From Candidatus Limnocylindrales bacterium (GTDB lineage: Bacteria; Chloroflexota; Limnocylindria; Limnocylindrales; CSP1-4), in assembly GCA_038915165.1 (NCBI GenBank), contig JBCLDE010000005.1, positions 1 to 54,151 of the forward strand: DNA of 54,151 nt. The letters run 5' to 3'. The stretch's first letter is position 1; every line of letters starts with the position of its first letter. The translations under genes were made by a program, and so were the position numbers. The notes under the pieces were generated by a model. It had not been told where the DNA came from. It ran no database searches and was given only the letters and a program-made list of their open reading frames with translations. Positions 35,745 to 45,132 of the stretch are shown here, in pieces.

Positions 35745-37159
35745 TCGGTCGTGGCGTCGACCGCCCGCGGCGTCGACTCGGTCGGTCGCAGTCGGTCGTA
35801 GACGAGCACGACGAGCGGCATCGCGGCGAGGAGCAACAGCCCGGTCGAGGCGCCGGGCAGCGCCCGTTCCGCCAGCGGGCCGACATCGAACCCCGCCTGG
35901 ACTAACCCCGTCGAGATGGCTCCGCCGCTCGCAGTGCCGAGGAAGAAGGCGAGGTTGTACATGCCGAGCGCCATCGAACGACGGTCATCGCTGAACCGAC
36001 GGCTGACCTCGTTCACGAGCGGCGCGCTCAGCAGCCCGAAGCCGGCCCCGGCGATGAGCAGGCCGGTCGCCAGCACCAGGAGCGGTGCCGCCGCGCCCTG
36101 CCATGCGATGAACCCACAGGCGAGTCCGATGGTGGTGAGCGAGAGGGCCGTGGTGCTCCGACGGCCGATACGGGCGACGACACGGCCGTTGCGTGGCGAG
36201 ATGATCGCGATGAGGATCGCCATCGGCGCCAGCAGCAGCCCGAGGTTGAAGCCGTCGAGGCCGTGGATCCGCGCCGCGATGATCGGGGCGAGGACGAGGA
36301 TGCCGAAAAATGCCGTCTGACCGACGTAGCCGAGCAGCATCATCCGGCGGAGCACGACGTCCCGCAGCTCCGGGAGCGGCAGTGCCGCGCCGGGTCGGCC
36401 ACGGCTTCGGCGCACCAACAGGGCTCCCGTCCCGAGGCTGACGGCGGCCAACGCGATCAGCGGCAACCCCACACCCATGACGGGCAGACGATTGATGACC
36501 AACACGGTGCCGCCGACCGAGATCGCCAGCAGGGCGATCCCGGGCAGGTCGATGGTGGCGTCGCGCCGACCTGGTTCACGATCGAGTCGAGGGATGACGA
36601 ACGCCGCCGGCGCGACGAACAGGCCGAGCGCCATGGCACCCCGCCAGCCGAACGCTTCGAGCAGCAGGCCACCCAGCAACGGACCTGCGGCGAACCCAAC
36701 GCCAACTGCGGCGACATTGATGCCGAGGGCGCGGGCGCGTGCCGGCCCCTGGAGCCGGCGGGAGATGAGCGCCATGGTGAGCGTCGGGATCGCCCCGGCG
36801 CCAAAGCCCTGGAGCACCCGTGCGGCGACCAGCATCGGCAGATTCACGCTGACCATCGCGAACGCGGCTCCGACGGCGATCAGGACGACGCCGATCGTGA
36901 GACAGCGAGCTAGCCCGAACCGGCGCTCCAGGGAGCCGTATACCGCGGTCATGATCGCGAACGTCGTGCTGTACCCGAAGACGATCGCACCGACATCGCC
37001 GGCACCGGCCCCGAATGCGTCGGCGATGGCCGGCTGCGCGATGACGCCGGACGTGGTGTTCGCGACCGCCGTCGCAAGGACCAGGAACATGGTCCCGACC
37101 AGGAGTCGGTCGTCGACCCTTGCCGGTATCGGGCCGAGCTCGCGGGCGGGCGACGTCAA
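35741..37159 (-). CDS. MFS transporter (DHA2/TetK-like)
   Basis: Many hydrophobic segments; G.L..RFG, ARVLQG.GAG, GPLLGG.L....GWR, D..GI.LL. Confidence 0.9.
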   Translation of the reverse strand: MTSPARELGPIPARVDDRLLVGTMFLVLATAVANTTSGVIAQPAIADAFGAGAGDVGAIVFGYSTTFAIMTAVYGSLERRFGLARCLTIGVVLIAVGAAFAMVSVNLPMLVAARVLQGFGAGAIPTLTMALISRRLQGPARARALGINVAAVGVGFAAGPLLGGLLLEAFGWRGAMALGLFVAPAAFVIPRLDREPGRRDATIDLPGIALLAISVGGTVLVINRLPVMGVGLPLIALAAVSLGTGALLVRRSRGRPGAALPLPELRDVVLRRMMLLGYVGQTAFFGILVLAPIIAARIHGLDGFNLGLLLAPMAILIAIISPRNGRVVARIGRRSTTALSLTTIGLACGFIAWQGAAAPLLVLATGLLIAGAGFGLLSAPLVNEVSRRFSDDRRSMALGMYNLAFFLGTASGGAISTGLVQAGFDVGPLAERALPGASTGLLLLAAMPLVVLVYDRLRPTESTPRAVDATTD

Positions 37160-37899
37160 CGGCGGGTCGTGGAACGGCGTGTCCGGCGTGTCCGGCGTGT
37201 CGCGGCCGACCGCGTCCGTGCCTCGCGACGGAGCGCTACGATCAGCGAGTCCCGGGAGATGCGGAGGTGGTCGCGCATGAGCCTAGCCCCACCCTCCGCG
37301 TCCCGCACCTTGATGAACTCGCGTAAGTCGGCGTGGATCGTCGGCGGCGGCAGGACATCCTTGAGCGCATGGTAGCGGTGGAGCTCGTGGCGCACTTGCA
37401 GGATCAGCGACGTCATCCGCGGTCGCGCCGCCCACCGGTAGAACTCCGCGTAGAACTCCCGCCGGCTTACGCCTCCAGGGGCGGCGTGGCCAGCGGTGAT
37501 GTCCATCTGCTGTCCGAGCTCGAGCAGAGCGGTCGCGCTTTCGTTCGTCAGGTTCCGGATCGCCAGCCGAACGAGGTGGACCTCGAGTAGCCGACGCAAT
37601 TCATAGAGTTCGGCGACTTCCTCGAGGCCCAGGCTGGCGACGCGCGCGCCGCGGCGGCCGTCGATGTGAATGAGGCCTTCGGCCTCCAAGCGTCGGAACG
37701 CATCGCGCAGGGGGATGCGGCTGACACCGAGCTCCGCAGCGAGGACTTCCTGACGAAGGCGGTCGCCCGGCTCGAAGACGCCGTCCAGAATGGCCTTGCG
37801 GAGGGCGCTGGTCGTGGATTCCTCGGCAGACGAATCGACGCCGACGGGGCTTTCGTCCATGAACGCCCGCAGGACGCCGGGAGGGATCGTCCCCTTCAC
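37156..37899 (-). CDS. GntR-family transcriptional regulator (FCD/FadR subfamily)
   Basis: LR.AILDG.F.PG.RL....LA.ELGVSR.PLRDA...LE.EGL, ELYELR..LE; GTG start after GGAGG RBS. Confidence 0.93.
   Translation of the reverse strand: MKGTIPPGVLRAFMDESPVGVDSSAEESTTSALRKAILDGVFEPGDRLRQEVLAAELGVSRIPLRDAFRRLEAEGLIHIDGRRGARVASLGLEEVAELYELRRLLEVHLVRLAIRNLTNESATALLELGQQMDITAGHAAPGGVSRREFYAEFYRWAARPRMTSLILQVRHELHRYHALKDVLPPPTIHADLREFIKVRDAEGGARLMRDHLRISRDSLIVALRREARTRSAATRRTRRTRRSTTRR
37175..37201. repeat. 9-bp tandem repeat x3 encoding the Arg-rich TRR tail of GntR
   Basis: CGGCGTGTC x3. Confidence 0.85.
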
Positions 37900-38035
37900 T
37901 GGTGCCTCCAACGTCGCGTCGGCAGGCAGTGCCGCCCGAACTGGCGCTCGGCGAGCTCCTGGGGTGCGGCGACGGCGCGGCCCGAGTCTACGGTACCGCG
38001 CCCGTTCCGCGGGGGTCGGTGCTGTGAGCGGGTGG

Positions 38036-39079
38036 TCACGCCGGGACCGCAAGGACGATCTTGCCGGCGTTTCGACGGGCGAGAAGATCCTCGAAGGCTT
38101 CCCTGATCTCCCCGAGCGGGCGGACGCCATGGATCACGGGTAGGACCGCGCCGCTCGCGAGAAGTTCGAGGGCACGGCGGAACTCGTCGCTCGTCGTGCC
38201 GGCAGTGGAGAGCAGTCGCAGCTGCATCCGGTAGAACAGGCTCAGGTCGAGCTCGACCCGGCCGCCGGCGTGGGCGCCACAGCTCAGGATCCGGCCGCCC
38301 TTGTCCATGGACGCCACCACCTCAGGCCAGAGCGACGGCGAACCCACGTTGTCGACGGCGACTGTGACGCCGAGGCCCCCTGTCTCGGCCCGGACCCGAT
38401 CGGCCAGCCCGTGCGGCTCGGCCGAAAGGATGACCGTTTCCGCGCCCAGTTCCCGGAGTCGGGCCAGCTTCGCCTCAGTGCCGGCCACCGCGATGACGCG
38501 GGCGCCCAGCCGTCGGGCGATCTGCACGACGGCCGATCCCAACCCGCCGGCGGCGCCGACGACGAGGACCCGATCCGACGGCCCGACCTCGCCGACCGTC
38601 TCCAAGAGGTGGATCGCGATGGGAACGGTGTGGGCAGCGGCCGCGGCGGAGATCCAGTCGACGGCGTCGGGGATGGGGAACACCGCGCGGGCGGGAAGGG
38701 CCACGAGCTCACCGAATCCTCCGGGTCGGTGGACGCCGATGTATACGGGGCGCTCGCATCCGGCTTCGTGACCCGATCGGCAGAACCGGCAGTCCAGGCA
38801 TGGGATGAGCGGCCGCGCGACGACCCGCGCCCCGACGGCCGGCGTCTCGACGCGTGGTCCGACAGCGACGACTTCACCGGCCGGATCGAGGCCGCCGATG
38901 TGCGGGAGCGTGATGCCCCGGCCGATGTTGGTCCGCTCGATGACGTGCACATCCGTCCGGTTCACGCAGACAGCGTGGACGCGAATGAGGACCTCCTCGG
39001 GCCCTGGGATCGGGTCGGCGACCGACTCCAGGACGAACCCATCGGGACTCCCGAAGGCGCGCAGGACCGCCGCTCGCAT
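38036..39079 (-). CDS. Medium-chain dehydrogenase/reductase (paralog of 61..1161)
   Basis: CLDCRFCRSGHEAGC, GVHRPGG, GAAGGLG, CG.HAG..VE.DL, GKI.L shared with the first gene. Confidence 0.92.
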   Translation of the reverse strand: MRAAVLRAFGSPDGFVLESVADPIPGPEEVLIRVHAVCVNRTDVHVIERTNIGRGITLPHIGGLDPAGEVVAVGPRVETPAVGARVVARPLIPCLDCRFCRSGHEAGCERPVYIGVHRPGGFGELVALPARAVFPIPDAVDWISAAAAAHTVPIAIHLLETVGEVGPSDRVLVVGAAGGLGSAVVQIARRLGARVIAVAGTEAKLARLRELGAETVILSAEPHGLADRVRAETGGLGVTVAVDNVGSPSLWPEVVASMDKGGRILSCGAHAGGRVELDLSLFYRMQLRLLSTAGTTSDEFRRALELLASGAVLPVIHGVRPLGEIREAFEDLLARRNAGKIVLAVPA

Positions 39080-39133
39080 CAGTGCGCCAAACCCACGGAG
39101 TTTGCGGCTCGCCCCGTTCGTAGCATGCCCATA

Positions 39134-39143
39134 CTGTATACTT
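39134..39143. promoter_or_regulatory. GTATAC box / TATACT -10 between the divergent MDR and OsmC operons
   Basis: CTGTATACTT. Confidence 0.6.
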
Positions 39144-39202
39144 TATGCTCGGCGTGGGCGGCTCTGCCACGCGCGATTCGCGAGCATGCAGGTGGGTGAA
39201 AT

Positions 39203-39787
39203 ATGCCGTTCATCGATCGTGTGACGCTCAAACAGAACCACGAGCAGACGATCGAGCGACTGGCTGCCGAGTCCGGCTTCGGGCTGATGCGACCCAGGGT
39301 GACCGCCCGGTTGGATCGGGACGTGTCGGTCGCCTCCACCTTCGAGCAATACGGCCGGCCGTTCACCTTCCTCGGGGACGAGGCACTCGATCGTGGTGGC
39401 CACGAGACGGGGCCCAGCCCGATGCGGTACTTCCTGAGCGGGCTGGCGTTCTGCATGCTCGGCTGGTGGGCCAAGGGCAGCGCTGTCGGGGACATCGAAC
39501 TGACCTCGCTGGAGGTGAATGTCGACACCCTGCTGGACATGCGCGGCGAGCACGGGTTCACGGATGTTCCCCAGTATCCGCAATGGCTCGTCCTCGACAT
39601 CGTCGTCGGCAGCGGCGAGGCGTCCCCGGAGGCGGTCCTGGCCGCGATCGATTGGGGCGATGAACGTTGTCCGCTCGGTGTCCTGGTTCGGCGCGCCATC
39701 CCCGTCTATCAACGCATCACGGTGGATGGGACGGTCGCTCGCGACACCGTGCCGCCGGACATGCGCGGAATACCAACCGCCCGATAA
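39203..39787 (+). CDS. OsmC/Ohr-family protein
   Basis: DE....GG...GPSP..Y.L.GLA.C and ERCP (two conserved Cys). Confidence 0.8.
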   Translation: MPFIDRVTLKQNHEQTIERLAAESGFGLMRPRVTARLDRDVSVASTFEQYGRPFTFLGDEALDRGGHETGPSPMRYFLSGLAFCMLGWWAKGSAVGDIELTSLEVNVDTLLDMRGEHGFTDVPQYPQWLVLDIVVGSGEASPEAVLAAIDWGDERCPLGVLVRRAIPVYQRITVDGTVARDTVPPDMRGIPTAR

Positions 39788-39821
39788 GGTCGGAGGCGGA
39801 CCAGAGCAGCGTGAGGGATCG

Positions 39822-41123
39822 ATGACGGATCCGGGCAGGCCACTGGATGCGGCGGCGCTTGACGCCGGCCTCGATGACACCCTCCGGGAAGAGCTCGTGA
39901 CGATGACCCGCGAGATGGTCGACATCCCGAGCCCGACCGGGGAAGAGGGCGAGCTCGCGTCGTACGTCCTCGACCGGTTCCGCGGGCTCGGCCTGAGGGC
40001 CGAGCTCCAGGAGGTGGAGCCGGGCCGGAGCAACATGATCGCCCGCTGGAACGGGACCGGCGACGGACCCAGCCTCCTGTTCAACGGCCATTTCGACACC
40101 GGGATGTCCGGGCGTGAAGAGGGAATCCCGTTCGGTCTGCGACCGGCGTCGCGGATCGTCGACGATGACTGGATCTACGGCCTGGGTGTCTCGAACATGA
40201 AGGTCGCCTTCGCCTGCTACTACGGGGCGATCCGCCTCCTGCAGAAGGCCGGACTGACGCCCTCGGGCGACCTGCTGGTCGCAGGTGTGGTCGGCGAGAC
40301 GGAGAAGGCCCCGATCAACGAGCATGCCGGCCCATCGGTGCGCGCCGGTGGCTGGGGCACGATCTACGCCGCCTATCACGGCGTCCTGGCCGATAACGCC
40401 ATCATCGGGGAGCCGACGGGCCTGCGCCTCCAGACCGGCAACTCGAGCTACATCTATGCGCGCGTCCGGAGTCGTGGTGCGTCGCAGCACACGTGGAGCA
40501 AGGAGCGTGGCGATGACGCGATGGCGAAGGCGATCCGCGTCCTGGAAGCGTTGCGCGCGTGGGAACCCGAGTTCGAGGCCGCGCATCCGCATCCACGGAT
40601 GGGCTCGCGGATCGGCTTCGGCGGCATCACCGCGGGGAACTCGTTCCAGCCCGCCGTCAACCCACCGCGCGTGGCCGACCTGTTCCTGGACCTTCGGTAC
40701 CCGCCGGACTCCACGATCATGGATGTCCGTCGCGAGCTCCAGCGCGAGCTGCTGCGGATCCGACAGGAGGATCCGGCTCTCGCGACCGAGCTGACGCTCT
40801 ATCTCTGCCGCAACGGATACGAGGTCGACGACAGCGAACCGGTCGTCCACGCGATCGAGGAGGCCCACGCCGACGTCTTCGGCGAGGTGCCCGGACGGCC
40901 GGAGCGGTACCGCTACGACGTCTCGGCCGACACGTCGATCCTCCATGAGTTCGGGGTACCGGCGATCACCTACGGTCCGGGCGGTCTACGTCGCGACGGC
41001 GGCCGCAGCGTCTACGACGAGTTCGGGGAGCTGGTCTCGATCAAGAACATCCTCCTGTGCACCCGCGTCTATGCGCGCGCAGCGGCCCGGCTGACGGCCG
41101 CGACGCCAGTCGGGGCCGGATGA
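39822..41123 (+). CDS. M20-family metallo-amidohydrolase (ArgE/DapE-like)
   Basis: V.IPSPTGEE, LFNGHFDT, G.G.SNMK, IGEPT, P.ITYGPG. Confidence 0.88.
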   Translation: MTDPGRPLDAAALDAGLDDTLREELVTMTREMVDIPSPTGEEGELASYVLDRFRGLGLRAELQEVEPGRSNMIARWNGTGDGPSLLFNGHFDTGMSGREEGIPFGLRPASRIVDDDWIYGLGVSNMKVAFACYYGAIRLLQKAGLTPSGDLLVAGVVGETEKAPINEHAGPSVRAGGWGTIYAAYHGVLADNAIIGEPTGLRLQTGNSSYIYARVRSRGASQHTWSKERGDDAMAKAIRVLEALRAWEPEFEAAHPHPRMGSRIGFGGITAGNSFQPAVNPPRVADLFLDLRYPPDSTIMDVRRELQRELLRIRQEDPALATELTLYLCRNGYEVDDSEPVVHAIEEAHADVFGEVPGRPERYRYDVSADTSILHEFGVPAITYGPGGLRRDGGRSVYDEFGELVSIKNILLCTRVYARAAARLTAATPVGAG

Positions 41124-42397
41124 CCATCGCGCCGCAGCCGGGCGGACTCGACGAGGCGGCGGACCCGTTCCCCTACGTCACGACGCGTCGCCTGCGCGAA
41201 CAGCGGTGGCTCCTCGACGCGACGATCCGCCAGATCGGGCTCGACTGGGACCAGGGGCGGAGCCGGTACACGGCCTACCCGGCCGGCCTCGACGCCGAGC
41301 CCGACTTCCAGCGCATCCGGGAACGGGTGCGCAAGCTGGCGGACATGTACCGCGAGTTCGCGGCCGCCGCGCGACGGCGCGAACGCCTTTCCGAGGAGGC
41401 CGAGGCGGACGGCCGGACGGTCGAGGCACGCGAGCACGCGTTCGTCGCGTCGATCCTGTGGGGCAACGCCCAGTGGCCACTGTTCGGGAACAGCCCGCTC
41501 GTCCTCGCGCTCGGCGACCGCAAGACGGCCTGCTTCGATCGCTTCATCCGCCACGCCCCGCACCCCGTCACGCGGATCGAGATCCCGTTCGGCGCGGCCA
41601 CCCTGCCGGGACTCCTCCACCTCCCCGCCGCCGGCGCCGGACCCTTCCCGTTGTTCATCCAGATCGGTGGGATGGACTCCTTCAAGGAGCACCAGGTCGC
41701 GATGTACGGCGACAAGGTGCTTGAGCGGGGCATGGCCCGCCTGTCGGTCGAGATCCCGGGTCAGGGCGTGGCCCTGGAACGCGGCCTCTTCGTCACCGAG
41801 ACCAGTGCCGCCGACGCCGGTCGGGCCATCGTCGCGTGGGCCAGGCAGCAACCGGACCTCGCCACGGATCGCGCCGTGCTGGCCGGCAACTCGTTCGGAT
41901 CGTTCTGGGCGCTGCAGATGGCCGCCGCGGTCGAGGGCCTCGCGGGCTGCGCGGTGTCCGCGGTCATCCACGAACCCGGCATGCACGAGATCTTCGAGAC
42001 GGCGTCCCCGACCTTCAAGGCCCGGTTCATGTACATGTCCGGGTACGACGACGAAGACGCGTTCGACGCGTTCGCAGCGCGCCTCGACCTGCGCCCGATC
42101 GCGGGATCCGTGCGCTGTCCGCTCCTGGTCCTCGCGGGCGAGAACGACGAGCTGAGTCCTATCCAGCACACGCTGGACCTGCTGCGTCTGGTCCTCGCCC
42201 CGGTCGACCTGCTGGTCTACCGGGGCGAGAAGCACAGCATCGGCGGCGGACCGGCGTCGGCCTTCGGACCGAACCGCCATCACGTGGTCGCGGGCTGGGC
42301 GCTGGACCGCGTGCGTGGCGTCGAGGCGCAGGATCGGTTCCGGGTCGTCGACACGACCGGGGCCGTGGAGGATCGTCCGCCCGTCTGGCGAGGGTGA
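41120..42397 (+). CDS. Alpha/beta hydrolase (2,6-dihydroxypseudooxynicotine hydrolase / FrsA-like)
   Basis: IEIPF....LPG.LHLP, GG.DS.KE, RG......PGQG, nucleophile GNSFG, GE.D, H. Confidence 0.82.
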   Translation: MTIAPQPGGLDEAADPFPYVTTRRLREQRWLLDATIRQIGLDWDQGRSRYTAYPAGLDAEPDFQRIRERVRKLADMYREFAAAARRRERLSEEAEADGRTVEAREHAFVASILWGNAQWPLFGNSPLVLALGDRKTACFDRFIRHAPHPVTRIEIPFGAATLPGLLHLPAAGAGPFPLFIQIGGMDSFKEHQVAMYGDKVLERGMARLSVEIPGQGVALERGLFVTETSAADAGRAIVAWARQQPDLATDRAVLAGNSFGSFWALQMAAAVEGLAGCAVSAVIHEPGMHEIFETASPTFKARFMYMSGYDDEDAFDAFAARLDLRPIAGSVRCPLLVLAGENDELSPIQHTLDLLRLVLAPVDLLVYRGEKHSIGGGPASAFGPNRHHVVAGWALDRVRGVEAQDRFRVVDTTGAVEDRPPVWRG

Positions 42398-42401
42398 CCG
42401 G

Positions 42402-42938
42402 ATGGCCGAGCGCGCCCCGAGAACGAGGAGGCAGCGCATGGACTCCGTCCTGCTGATCGGAGGCCTCGTCGTCGCGCTGACCGTCGTGGCGCTGTGGCAG
42501 GGCGGCGCCGCACGAGCCTTCGAAGGCTGGGAGCGAGGTGGCCAGATCGCCTGGAGCGTGCTGCCCAACCTCGTGCTTGGGTTCGCCGCCGCCGGACTCA
42601 TCGCGACCGTCGTACCGCCGTCGCTCATCGGCGGGGCCCTCGGCGACGAATCCGGCATGCGCGGTCTGATCATCGCGACCGTCGCCGGCATCCTCACGCC
42701 CGGCGGGCCGTTCCTCCAGTTCCCGCTGGTGGCGGCGCTGGCCAAGGGCGGTGCTGCACCCGGGCCGCTGGCCGCCTACCTCACCGCCTGGTCGCTCATC
42801 AGCGTGAACCGGGTGATCGTCTGGGAGCTGCCGCTGCTCGGGTCAGGCTTCACGGTCGCGCGCTGGGCGATCAGCCTGGCCCTCCCGATCCTCATCGGAC
42901 TGGCGATGCCGGTCGTGATGCGGCTGCTGCCCCGCTGA
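42402..42938 (+). CDS. Small permease (DUF318/ArsP-like)
   Basis: G.ESG.RG..IA..AG.LTPGGP...FP.VAAL...GA; alternative start at 42438. Confidence 0.75.
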   Translation: MAERAPRTRRQRMDSVLLIGGLVVALTVVALWQGGAARAFEGWERGGQIAWSVLPNLVLGFAAAGLIATVVPPSLIGGALGDESGMRGLIIATVAGILTPGGPFLQFPLVAALAKGGAAPGPLAAYLTAWSLISVNRVIVWELPLLGSGFTVARWAISLALPILIGLAMPVVMRLLPR

Positions 42939-42972
42939 TCGCGGTCCGCGCCGCCGCGCCGCGCCCCGATCG

Positions 42973-43827
42973 CTACTCGCTGTAGGATGGCCCCGCGTCG
43001 CTGCGCAGCATGCCCCAGATCCTGTGCCGCAGCTCCGCGAATGCCGGATCGAGCTTGACGTTCCCCTCGGTCCGCGGATAGCCGAACGGCACCTCCAGGA
43101 TCTCGGCGATCGTTCCCGGATGCGGCGTGAAGACGGCAATCCGCTTCGAGAGGAAGATGGCCTCATCGACCGAATGGGTGACGAAGACTGCGGTCTTGCG
43201 GGTGCGCTCCCAGATCTGGAGGAGCTCCACCTGCATGACTTCTCGAGTCTGGGCGTCGAGCGAACCGAACGGCTCGTCCATCAACAGGATCTCAGGGTCG
43301 ATCGCCAACGCCCGCGCGAGGCCCACGCGCTGCTGCATCCCGCCCGACAGTTCGTGCGGATGGTGATTGATGAACTTCGTCAGGCCCACCATCTCGATAT
43401 AGCTCTTCGCCACCTCGTCGCGCTCGCCCTTCGGCCGGCCCGCCGACTCGAGCGGGAAGACGACGTTGCCGAGGACCGTCCGCCAGGGGAACAGCCCGAA
43501 GTTCTGGAAGACGAACGCTCGTTCCCGGCCGGGCCCGGTGATCTTCTTGCCGTTGACGCGGATCTCGCCGCGATCGATCGGCAGGAGGCCGTCGATAGCC
43601 TTGAGCAGGGTCGTCTTGCCACAGCCGGAGGGACCGAGCAGGCTGACGAACTCCCCGTCCTCGACACTGAGGTTGACGTCGCGGAGCGCGTGCACGCGCT
43701 CCGACGTCCCCTTCTGCCCGGCCTTGGAATAGAACTTCTCGACGTGGTCGATCTCGATCTTCCCGGTGCCCGGACTCCCCTGGGCGGGGGCGGTGGTGGT
43801 GGTTGCGTTGTCGGGTTGCACGGTCAT
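42973..43827 (-). CDS. ABC transporter ATP-binding protein (NitT/TauT/SsuB family)
   Basis: GPSGCGKT, LFPWRTV, LSGGMQQR, LLMDEPF..LDAQTR, VTHS.DEA. Confidence 0.96.
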   Translation of the reverse strand: MTVQPDNATTTTAPAQGSPGTGKIEIDHVEKFYSKAGQKGTSERVHALRDVNLSVEDGEFVSLLGPSGCGKTTLLKAIDGLLPIDRGEIRVNGKKITGPGRERAFVFQNFGLFPWRTVLGNVVFPLESAGRPKGERDEVAKSYIEMVGLTKFINHHPHELSGGMQQRVGLARALAIDPEILLMDEPFGSLDAQTREVMQVELLQIWERTRKTAVFVTHSVDEAIFLSKRIAVFTPHPGTIAEILEVPFGYPRTEGNVKLDPAFAELRHRIWGMLRSDAGPSYSE

Positions 43828-43926
43828 CGGCTGCTCCTAAGGTTCCTGGTCACACGGGTACGCGACGATCGAGACGGGTCGCGATGGCCGGGGCAGGAGC
43901 CGCGCGGCCGAGACAGGGACGCCCCA

Positions 43927-44970
43927 TCACACGGGAGTCCGGCTGCTGCCAGCCATCGCCGCGCGGAGTTCCGGCACGACCTCCGCTGCGATGAGCTCGA
44001 GCATCGACTCGAACTCTTCGAACTGGAACCGCACGTCGAACACGAAATGGTCGAATCCACGGTCCCAGAGCTTCATGACACCATCGACGATGTCGCCCGG
44101 CTCGCCAGCGAACACGGCTCCCTCGACATCCTCGAGCGTATCCCACCAGCCCGACGCCGGCTTCATCCAGTGGTGCTGACCATCCTCGACGAGGCCGGCC
44201 ACGTTCACCGCGGCACGGGCTTTCGCGCGGTCGCGGCCGATTTGCACGCGAGGGACGGACAGCAGCCCGAGTCGACGTCCGCTCTGGGCCTCGAGCTCAT
44301 GCAGGCGCGCGAGCCGATCGTCCATCGTCAGGAACGGAAGGGTCCCGATCAGATAGCCGTCCGCGTGCTCGGCGGCGATCTCTACGGCCGTCCGCGACGG
44401 TCCGCCGAACCAGAGCGGGATCGGCGACGCGGGCTTCGGCTCCAGGGTCACATCATCGACGCTGAACACCTCGCCCTGGACCGTGACGTGGTCTTCGGAC
44501 AGGGCGCGCCGGATGATCTCGATCATCTCGATGACGGCGATCCGGCGCTGTTTCACGTCTACCCCACCGAGGGCCAACTCGTCGCCGCCGTGGCCGGCTC
44601 CGATCCCGGCGACGACACGCCCACCCGTCAGGAAGGACAACGCCGCGAGTTCCTGGGCGAGCTTGAGCGGGTGGCGCGTGGGGATCAGCACGGATGTCCC
44701 GAGCTGGATCCGGCTGGTCCGTGCCCCGAGCGCCGCGAGTGTCACGATCGGCTCGATGAACCGGATGCTGCTGGCTGCCTCGTGGGCGTGCGGTCGCCAC
44801 AGGAGGTGGTCGCGGACCCAGACCGCATCGAAGCCGAGACGCTCGACGAGTTCTCCGGCTGCCATCAGCCGCTCGGGCGTGGCGTACGCACCGAAATGCG
44901 GCAGCATCACGCCGAAAGTCATACCCTTGGCGTTGCGTGCCAGCGGGTTGGGGACGACGGGTAGGCTCAC
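43927..44970 (-). CDS. LLM-class flavin/F420-dependent oxidoreductase (paralog of 25145..26104)
   Basis: FGVMLPHFG, LGFDAVWVRDH, EP.VTLAAL.ART, RHP..LA; start either GTG 44970 or ATG 44922. Confidence 0.9.
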   Translation of the reverse strand: MSLPVVPNPLARNAKGMTFGVMLPHFGAYATPERLMAAGELVERLGFDAVWVRDHLLWRPHAHEAASSIRFIEPIVTLAALGARTSRIQLGTSVLIPTRHPLKLAQELAALSFLTGGRVVAGIGAGHGGDELALGGVDVKQRRIAVIEMIEIIRRALSEDHVTVQGEVFSVDDVTLEPKPASPIPLWFGGPSRTAVEIAAEHADGYLIGTLPFLTMDDRLARLHELEAQSGRRLGLLSVPRVQIGRDRAKARAAVNVAGLVEDGQHHWMKPASGWWDTLEDVEGAVFAGEPGDIVDGVMKLWDRGFDHFVFDVRFQFEEFESMLELIAAEVVPELRAAMAGSSRTPV

Positions 44971-45020
44971 GACAATCCCTTCACGTCGGGCCGGGCGCGA
45001 TGGCAGCTGCCATTGCGCAT

Positions 45021-45032
45021 CTAGTATACAAA
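45021..45032. promoter_or_regulatory. GTATAC box between the divergent LLM and LVIVD genes
   Basis: CTAGTATACAAA. Confidence 0.6.
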
Positions 45033-45132
45033 CCATAGCGCCTTCACGCATGAATAAAACACCCGGATCGTCACTCGTCCACATTTATGCAAGCTAGACT
45101 TCGTCGGGACATCCACGCATCGGAGGCACCTT

